Positions 54,451 to 64,000 of a stretch of DNA of 64,000 nucleotides are shown here, in pieces. The stretch's first letter is position 1. Each line of letters opens with the position of its first letter. The notes beneath the pieces are model-generated. The model was not told the origin of the DNA, made no database searches, and saw only the letters and a program-made list of their open reading frames with translations. The position numbers and the translations under genes were made by a program. The stretch comes from Octopus sinensis (lineage: Eukaryota): positions 10,664,001-10,728,000 of the forward strand of contig NC_043011.1 of NCBI RefSeq assembly GCF_006345805.1, given 5' to 3'.

Positions 54451-55080
54451 GCAGATTACCAATCAAATTTGTGGACAAAATGGTGAAACTGTATGGCACC
54501 ACTAATCCAGAAAGAATATGAGACGTCATGACATTATAGCAAGGATTGTCTCTTGGACACTTTGCAACAAGTATGGACTTGACAGAGTAAAAAAATTGAT
54601 ATGAACATAAACTTGAAGGCATCATCAAAAATGATAATGCAAAGATCTTATGAATTTTATGATTCAGTGCGACCATGAGATAGAGAATAGGAAACCAGAC
54701 ATAGGGTTAATTGAGAAATAAAGCAAACGATGCTGGATCATAGATATAGCATGCCCAGCTAATAAGGAAGAAAGAAAAGTTAATAGATATAACAGGTTAG
54801 TTTGGGAGTTTAAGCTGTTGTGTCACTGAAAAAGCTGGTAGTAGTACCAATAATTGTTGGAGCCCTGGGAACAGTGAGTAAAAATCTCGAGAAGTACATG
54901 GAACAAATAAGGGTTGCAATAAGGGAGGAGCACTTGCAGAAAAGAGAACAGCTTGGAACCACTTGAATACTCTGGATGGTACTCAAAAAATACGGGGTGT
55001 TACCTTAGTTCACTGATAGTGAACAACTGATACTGTAGTACATCTCTAGCATTAGAAGCTGTGCAAAGGCAATAAAATAA
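54451..55080 (+). mobile_element. Dong/R4-clade LINE 3' fragment (RLE domain) next to (TAA)n
   Basis: RRHDII, QCDHEIENRKPDI, IIDIACP, VVVPIIVGALG; preceded by ~15 AAT units at 54405-54450. Confidence 0.85.
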
Positions 55081-55293
55081 TGGTTTCACATTTTTCCGCA
55101 ATGGCAGCAATTTTGGAGGAGGGAATGAGTCGAATACATCAACCCCAGTGTTCAACTGGTTCTTATTTCATCGACCCCGAGAAGATGACAGGCAACGTCG
55201 ACCTTCGCAGAATTTGAACTCAGAAAGTAAAGAAGGACAAAATGCAGCTACACATTCCATCTGACGTGCTAATGATTCTGCCAGCTCGTCACC

Positions 55294-55295
<2 letters not shown>
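55080..55295 (-). mobile_element. tRNA-derived SINE (Meta-like core)
   Basis: ATCGACCCCGA..GAATTTGAACTCAG..CTGCCAGCTCG. Confidence 0.8.
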
Positions 55296-55329
<34 letters not shown>

Positions 55330-56391
55330 TAATAATAATATTTTAAAAGGATTGAAGTAACTCTTCACAAAGGTAAACAGACAATGCAACAGATATTTTA
55401 TTGGTCAAACGGTATTTCGACAGCAAGAAGATTTGTCTGTTATTTCTAGTAGACTGAGTGAAAATACTGAGGTTCTTTTGTTGGTAAGAAGTTCTTAAAG
55501 TTCTCATCAGTCGGAAGAAAGTAGCTGAGAATAAGGAGAGTTGCTATAATGATCGAACTTGAATCAGATATCGATGAAAGAAAACTGGAGATATCAACCA
55601 GACTCTTTTTATTTGGTTTCAATTAATTAGACTTAAATTAATTAAAACCTAATCAATTTCACTTTGTTCTTATTTCTCTCTGACTACATTGGTAAATTTG
55701 ATGAAAACAAATATTTTTTTTATTGTTTTGCTCTTCTGTGCAAGAATTTGTGAAAATACCAAAAATGATCAACAAAAATTAAGGTACCCTTACTGAAGCC
55801 CACTCTGTCGCAAGTATTTGGGTTCCTTGATTCAACGATATCCTCTCCTCCCTTGCAAGTCCTGGAAACCCTGGGAAAGATGGTCAATGGACACTGACCA
55901 CTCTCCCAACTAAATGATATAACAAATAACCAGATGTATCAGAATTCATTTCAAAATCTTGATCACACATACACACATACATATACAGACACATATATTC
56001 GCTCATTTGCATACATATGAGTTTACTTATAAGTACAAACATTTCTGTGTGTATATTTATACACACATACACACACACGTATATGTGGGATGAATATATC
56101 TTGTGAGTAATTTGTTCTGAGGCCACCTATTGAAACTGAACCTTTCACACAGTGGAACATACATTTGAGTCATCTATAAATCTACAAAAACTGCTTAATT
56201 CACATATTTTCTGAGGTGTTGAAATATTTGTCACATCACTGCAACCAGGTCACCAGGTTGAACCGTTTCAGTGACCAGGTCACAGTAGAACAAAGGACAT
56301 TTCGATATGTTACCAAATAAATGAAACAATATTTAACAAATTTTCAGTGTTTTCTCATAGATAAAATTACTGTTCCTGCTATATGTATGTA

Positions 56392-56885
56392 TGTAGAAGT
56401 AGATGTAGAGAAAGTGAGTTAGATGAATATATAAAATATATTGACTACATATAAGAAGGTCCTGCTTACACAGAATAGAAATGATATAGAGAATTAAGGA
56501 GGTAAAGAACAGTATTACAAATCCAACAACTGTTTCTGAGGGCTCAATTGTCCATAATAATATTTATAGGTTGATTCCATCATGAGATAAGCCTCCATCT
56601 TCAGGGAAGTGATCTTATATTTGAAGTGAAAGATCTCTTCCCTGAAGATAGAGACTCGTCTCATCTCATGATGGAATCAACCTATAAATATCATTATGGA
56701 CATCTGAGCCCTCAGAATGTTAGATTTGTAATACTGTTCTTTACCTCCTTAATTCTCTATATCATTTCTATTCTGTGTAAGCAGGATCATCTTATATGTA
56801 TGGATATATACATTTTTGTGTATTTCATGCATTCAATATCTTTTATATATTCATATAACTCGCTTTCCCTACATTTACTTCTTTA
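56392..56885. mobile_element. Fold-back element (~220-250-bp arms) with degenerate hammerhead
   Basis: 56392-56615 inverse of 56630-56885; minus strand TCC-CTGAAGA-TGGAGGCT..AGCCCTCA-GAAA-CAGTTG-TT-GGA at 56522-56607. Confidence 0.78.
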
Positions 56886-59314
56886 CCCGCTCAAGTTTAA
56901 ACCTCTACAAAGTGTATTCTATACAGAGAACATTTGGATCTCTTCATTGAACTATATGTGTATATGTATGTATACACATATGCATGTATAACGAGGTGCA
57001 TTATCTTGCCTGTCCATGACTCGAAGGTGTTTTAATACCAGTGACATGAGAGTTATGTACTCTGTTAGACCATTGCAGTCACTGGAAAATATACAAAGCA
57101 TATACATTAGTATATGTATTTAATAGTGTGTGTATATGTTCGTACATATTTGCTTCTGTATACATGTGAACATATTATATGCATATTCAATGTATAGACA
57201 GATGGATAAGTAGAGAGAGAGAGAGAGAGAGAGAGAGGTGGAGGAGAGGAGAGGAGAGGGAGATTATCTTACCGAAGTTTAGTGCGTGTTTCATACCAGT
57301 GAAGATTATTCTGCAGAGATATCCCTATAGACAATATTATTCCAAGAGATAGGTCTACTTAATCCGATTCTCAAGGAAAGTCACCCAACAGCAATCTTCA
57401 TGTTTCGGGGATTATATTTTATTGATTAAGAATTAGCCGTTGAGAGAAATCACCACCAATTTTTATGTTATTTTCACTTATAGGAATTGCTTCTGCTTGT
57501 CTGTTTCCATCAATTATTTACCGATTTATTTCATTGCTAAACTTCTCCATACTTCCAGTCATGTTTACAGGGAAACAATTTTGGTTTTATTTAGCTTTTT
57601 TTGACAATATTTGTGCTTAATTCATTTTGATTTATCATGTTTCTTATTGAAATATATAAACATCAACTTCCGTTTTTGTTTCTTCTTTTATATTTTCACT
57701 TTTACCATTTCAACACATTGTATCATGACATTGTGCTCAATATTTCTCGCTTTAATAACAAACAAAAAAAATGCTAAGTAAAATCTCTGATTTCCGATAT
57801 TCAGCTGCTTTGTGCTGAACCATTAACTAATCTGCACTCAAGTACTTAATGACTGCAAAGAAAACGACTCAGCCTTACGGATGTTTTGCTTTGCTTATGG
57901 TGAATTAGCAGAATTGTTGAAAAGGGATCAAATGAATGCTCTGCATTATTTGTTCTGTCTCGGATGAAACCCCACAAAAGTTAACTGTAGTCTTCATTCT
58001 TTTGGGGTTAAGTTCCAAGGCAATACTTGAGTGAAATTGTGAGAGCATTGAACGGGATGCCTTGCAGCATCTGTTTCAGCTGTTTGCATTCAGAATTCAG
58101 AGGCTGTCGAAGGATTTGAATCTCTCTCTGTTGGTCTTAAGGCCTGACTTGATTATGAAAGCCACAATGGTGCTACAATTTGAGCGCTAATGATAACGAT
58201 TGGTTATATTATCATTACATAGTAGCTATAATGGATTTGTAAGATAATATTCTTCATATTACCAGTGTAGCTCACTATAACATTATTTATATTGAATAGT
58301 TTCCTTATAGGAAGGCGTTTATGTATTGAATTTCGAGTTTAATTATGTTGGACTTAACGTTTAGGGTGTAATGAATGTAAACCAAATGATATTTTGATGT
58401 CTTTTCTTTGTTCGTGGGTGTCAGAGGTGGGAGATATACTCGACCTGGTTGCTGTTAAGGTGTCATTATAGCAAAGGGCTGCATTGTCAAAGATTTCATT
58501 ATTTAAGAACAAATGCATATTAAGATTTTTATAAAAATTTATATGAATGGTAAGGGATGAGAATCTATCCATTAGAAATGATAGCCTCAAATCACACACT
58601 AGTAAAAGCAAAATAGGAAAGACATAATGGATAATGTAGTCTAAGATAAATTGCTTGACTCAAAGATGGATGGTCATGGCCAGAACATTTTTGATCATAG
58701 CTCTTCTAGATCAACTCTGACCTATGCTTAAACAACAATAGCAGACATAGAGAAACAGACTGAACAGTATAAAATGTACAACATGCCCAGACTACAGCAC
58801 AATACTACATACAATTAACAACTGTGAAACTATGGGGTTTAACTATGTGGGTGTATGTCATGTCCAAAGCTCTGCATCTGAGGACTGAATCCAGCTAACT
58901 ACATGCCAAAGGTATTCACGGTCAGATTTTATCCGGGGCTACACAACAACAGCAACAACAACAGCGAAACTTGGAAGGTCAAGTATCCAGAAACAGAGTG
59001 ACGTCTGAAATATTTTCAAATTGTATTTCATTTGGAAACAGACACTCAAATGTTAGATTCTCGTTCTTAGATATAAGATGATGTAAATAGGAAAAGATCT
59101 GCAGATCAGAGAACATATGTGGGCAAGAAGTTTCTATTGACAAATGAAGCTTATCTTCTTCTATGTTGTTTTGTTTCTGTAAATCTAGATTATGCTGGAT
59201 TTAATCTCTCCTCAAACATGTCAGCTCATCTGTCCAGCTGTTTGCTCATCTATTCCTTGGGCCATATCTCTTACATGTGCGCACGTCTGTGTAGACGCAC
59301 ACACACACATACGC

Positions 59315-61343
59315 AGACCCAAAATAACGTGTTGGTGGAACAATATTGTTGACAGGGCTATTAGACAAAAGAAACAGGCTTGGAAGAACAGCAAGAATGG
59401 TGGTAGCAGGGAAGTGTATCAGACTGCCAGAAGGGAAGCTAGGAGGCAGGTGTATTTAGCCAGAGGGGAAGCAGATAAGAAAAAATTTGCCAATGTTCTG
59501 CGCCGTGAGGATGAAAGACTTGAGGTATTTCGTGTTGCAAGACAGTGTGTGAGAGAGAATCGTGACGTGGTAGGAGAAAAATGTGTTCACACGGATGACG
59601 GCTCACTTGCGCTAAATGAGGATGCAAAGAGAGAGGTTTGGAGACACCACTATGAAAGGTTGCTGAATAAAGAAAATGAATGGGATAAAGAGAGTCTGCC
59701 GAATGTCAACCCAACAGAGGGACCAGCAATCCGAGTTGACAGTTCCTTAGTAGTTAAGGCAATTACAAGCATGAAGACAAGGAAAGCCCCAGGCCCATCA
59801 GGAATTACTGCAGAGATGCTCAAAATATCTGGCAGTGTCGGCTATAGCCTAGTCACCCGTATAGTTAACTAGGTGATACACGAAGGAGTCATTCCCAATG
59901 ACTGGTGTCGCAGCATAATAGTCAACTGCTACAAAGGCAAAGATGGCGCCCTAGATACAAATAACTACAGGGGTATCAAGCTGTTGGATCAGGTAATGAA
60001 GGTTACGGAGAGGGTCATAACTGGACACTTCTAAGAGACAACCTGCTGAAAGCCACTGACCAGATCTGTGGCTGGTGCAAAGTCCCCTCAAGACCCAGCA
60101 GCAATGTCAAAGGAAGGCTAAACTAGGAAAATAGATTTTGTATGTGGTAGATGCTCAGGAGCAATAAACACTGAAAATGCACAGAGACCAACTTCCACCA
60201 CATTTCAGAAATAGTTGATAGCTTCCGTTACCTAGGTGACCAAGTCAGTTGCGGGGGTGTGTGTGCTGAAAGTGTAACGGCTAGAGTAAGAATAGCCTGG
60301 GCAAAGTTCAAAGAGCTCTTACCCCTGCTGGTGACTAAAGGCCTCTCGCTCAGAGTAAAAGGCAGACTGTATGATGCATGTGTATGAACAGCCATGCTAC
60401 ATGGTAGTGAAACATGGGCCGTGACTGCTGAGGATATGCGTAAGCTCACAAGAAATGAAGCCAGTAGGCTCTGATGGATGTGTAATGTCAGTGTGCATAC
60501 TCGACAGAGTGTAAGTACCTTGAGAGAAAAGTTGGACCTAAGAAGCATCAGTTGTGGTGTGCAAGAGAGACGTTTGAGCTGGTATGGTCATGTGACGAGA
60601 ATGGATGAAGATAGTTGTGTGAAAAAGTGCCACACCCTAGCAGTTGAGGGAACCTGTGGAAGAGGTAGACCCAGGAAAACCTGGGACGAGGTGATGAAGC
60701 ACGACCTTCGAACTTTAGGTCTCACCAAGGAAATGACAAGAGACCGAGACGTATGAAAGTATGCTGTGCGTGAGAAGACCCAGCAGGACAAGTGAGACCC
60801 AGCAGGACAAGGCCCCTACCTGGGATGTAGCCAGTCCACTTATGCATACCTTTCCTTCTTGGGACACAAAACTCTACTTGTGAAGACCTGTTGAGGCAAG
60901 TGAGAATCAGAATCAAAATCGAAATCGATCAACATCAATGGAAATTGTAGCTGTGATACCAGTGCCGGTGGCATGTAAGTAAACCATCCGAACGTGGCCG
61001 TTGCCAGCACCACCCCGACTGGCCTCCGTGCCGGTGGCACGTAAAAAGCACCATCCGATCGTGGCCATTGCCAGTCTCACCTGGCCCCCATGCCAGTGGC
61101 ACATAAAAAGCACCATCCAATTGTGGCCGTTTGCCAACCCCGTCTGGCACCTGTGCCGGTGGAATGTAAAAAGCACCCACTACACTCACGGAGTGGTTGG
61201 CGTTAGTAAGGGCATCCAGCCATAGAAACATTGCCAGATCAGACTGGGCCTGGTGCAGCCTTCTGGCTTCCCAGACCCCATTTGAACCGTCCAACCCATG
61301 CTAGCATGGAAAGCGGACGCTAAATGATGATGATGATGATGAT
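59315..61343 (+). mobile_element. RTE-clade LINE, RT core deleted/rearranged, (GAT)n tail
   Basis: WWNNIVDRAI, KAPGPSGITAEML, NYRGIKLL, YLGD, HGSETW, RGRPRKTW; 3'UTR subrepeats at 60960-61180. Confidence 0.9.
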
Positions 61344-61368
61344 ATATATATTTAAGCCATAATTATAT

Positions 61369-61594
61369 ATTTCTTTACTGCCCACAAGGGGCTAAACACA
61401 GAGGGGACAAACAAGGACAGACAAACGGATTAAGTCGATTACATCGACCCCAGTGCATAACTGGTACTTAATTTATCGACCCTGAAAGCATGAAAGACAA
61501 AGTCAGCCTCGGCGGAATTTGAACTCAGAACATAACGGCAGATGAAATACGAAATACGCCTGGTGTGCTAACATTTCTGCCAGCTCGCTGCCTA
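61369..61594 (-). mobile_element. tRNA-derived SINE (Meta-like core)
   Basis: Same family as 55080-55295 and 31785-31985. Confidence 0.85.
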
Positions 61595-63827
61595 ATTAAA
61601 CCATAATTATAACAAGAGAGAATATGGAGCCTGATACATCCTCAAAATTTATTTCCTTTGGCCCAGTAGGCATGGGTGTTGAGACATAGTAACACATAGG
61701 TTGTGGTTTCAAATATATTCCAGAAATTATAAGAGATTTAGTTAAAAATTTTTATTTCAGCAACAAAATTTCTTTCAACAATTTCCTCATCATAAGTGTG
61801 ACACATGCATCAGGTACATACAAAAAACAAATTGCTGTATTAATATTATTGATATGCAAATAACATTCATCCTTTCACCCCTCCTCCCCTTCAGTTAATC
61901 CCCCACTTTTCTGTTCTTTCTTTATCCTTTTCTCACATAATGATTTCTCTCCTTTTGAGTTTCCTTCTTTTCTCTATTATTATTCGTACATTTTTACTTA
62001 TTTTAATCTCAACTTTAGTTTTTAATCTTTAAATTTAATTTCAATTTTTGGTTTACTTCTATTATATCCTTTCTAACCCTACTTGCAATTTCTTATTCTT
62101 GACATAGTTTCTTAGTCTGTTCACATTTTCTCTAGCATTTACAGCAGACCTCTTCACACAAAGATTCTCAGTTCAACTATTGTTTATATATATTTCTCTT
62201 CTACAGTCAACTTCCACTTGCATCCCAATTTACACTTGTTTTTTTAAAATCAGTTGTAAATGTGTATTAATTGAATTGGTATCTATAAACTTTTATATAT
62301 ACCCATTATTTATATATACCCATTATATATACCCATTATTTATAAAATTTCTTCACTTGTCTGTATTATCACAACAGTCTGATGAAAAGTCACATGAAAC
62401 TCTGAGTAACAGTGTGTGAAGTTAATTAGCTTTAATAAAATAGCGTGTGTGTGTGTGTCAATATATTTATATTCTTTTTATCCTTTTTTTGAAGTGTTCT
62501 TAAAAACAATTTAATAAAACCATTACAATGTAATGGGTTTCTTAATTTTTTATATTTTTTATTTCATTTTTGCTTTCTTAAGAGAGGGAGTTAGCTCAGT
62601 GTGATGTCGAGGGTTGTGAAAAATAAAACAAAAATTAAAAAAAGATTTCTAGCAGGGTACCACCATTTGTAGAGAACAAATATTGTAAATATAAAATTAA
62701 ATATGAAGATGTGTGCCTCAAAGTGTATCAAGGGCTTCTGATTGTTGGACAATGATCCATAAATACTGTGGATTCTTATCATAATTCCCAGATTTTTCAT
62801 CCTTGTTTTGTACAACATAACGAGTTGATGTATTCATGCTTTTATATTTTGACCAATTTGCTCGGGCCATTGGTAGTGTCACATATCCAAGACATCTGTC
62901 ACCAAAAAACCGTTTTTCCCAAGCCTGTAAAAGAAAGAATTATTATTAAAAACTCTGTGATAATTAGCACAAAGAGTCAGACAAAAACAAAATTATTCTT
63001 AAGTCGCTAAGAACTGGAAAATAATTAAACTTGGCCTATTGGAAGAAAGGACATTAATACTGAGTATTCAGTGAAAACAAAGAGAACTCAATAAAAATGG
63101 GAAGAGTTTGTATTAAGAGGAAATACGTCATTTAAATACATTAGATATGCAACAGTAACTGGAAAAAGTGCACTTTGCTAATAAACTCAATCAACTGACT
63201 AAATGTGTCACTAATCATATTTTACTCGTGTTTAATCAATCTCATTATTAACAGAAGTAATCATAAAAAGGACATAACAGTTCAAGACAGCATAGAAAAC
63301 CTGGCTTCACCAGCTCAATCCTTTGTGCACCAAATTCTTCAGACTTTCTCTATCAATATGTACCTGCACCAACAAGTAGAACAGGGGTCAATTCAAAAGA
63401 AAGACAGTCTTGTCCGACTCTGCAAACTATTAACCTGATCACCAATACTTCCACATTCACACAGGTGGTAACAACAATCATGAAGGGTCACTTCCCTATT
63501 AGAATTGTTTAAAGAATAAAATTACATAATTAGAGTTATTATTTAAGAAGCTTTAGTTGATATTAACAACAACCATGATGATGATGATGATGATGATGAT
63601 GACAGTTTCTAAATTATGCAGATCAGCAGGAATTTTGAAGGTCCATCAACTTCAGTGTTTGACTGGTACTGTTTTTTTTTATTGCCCTTAAAATGCTGAA
63701 AAGCAATGTTGAGCCCAGTAGGAATTGAAAACGACAACAGCAATAACAATATATACATACATATGTATGTACGCATGCACAAATATATATATGACCATAT
63801 ATAAATATAAATATATATATATTGTTG

Positions 63828-63870
<43 letters not shown>

Positions 63871-63871
63871 C

Positions 63872-64000
63872 TAGGCTTGAAAGAAATGAAACTAGCATGA
63901 TCCACTGGATATTTAATGTTAATGTCCATGCACGACAGAGTAAGCGCCTTGAGAGAAATGTTGGGCATAAGAAGCATCGGATGCAGCGTGCAGGAGACGT
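63872..64000 (+). mobile_element. RTE LINE fragment, runs off window
   Basis: Similar to 60445-60575. Confidence 0.75.

Noticed and set aside
62370-62416. CTGATGA...GAAACTCTGAGTA hammerhead-like motif
   Set aside because: Stem II cannot form; at most a decayed remnant

Overview
Eukaryotic, gene-poor, AT-rich window made almost entirely of transposon debris and microsatellites; no host protein-coding gene could be supported. The SINE/LINE repertoire resembles octopus (cephalopod) DNA, which is inference from recalled repeat families. Contents: at least four CR1-group APE-RT LINE families, including a near-full-length 5'-inverted copy whose ORF1 has a Myb/SANT-trihelix-like domain plus a CCCH finger; a Penelope-like element (RT + GIY-YIG) followed by a 364-bp tandem array carrying a type I hammerhead ribozyme with a U3-A8 core variant; several further hammerhead-bearing or fold-back PLE-terminus-like elements in (TA)n tracts; Dong/R4 and RTE LINE remnants; a deleted mariner; Chapaev3-like transposase remnants; tRNA-derived SINEs sharing LINE 3' tails; and a ~4.7 kb degenerate (TA)n tract. 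Coordinates were read by eye and may be off by a few bases; family names come from recalled motifs, not database searches.
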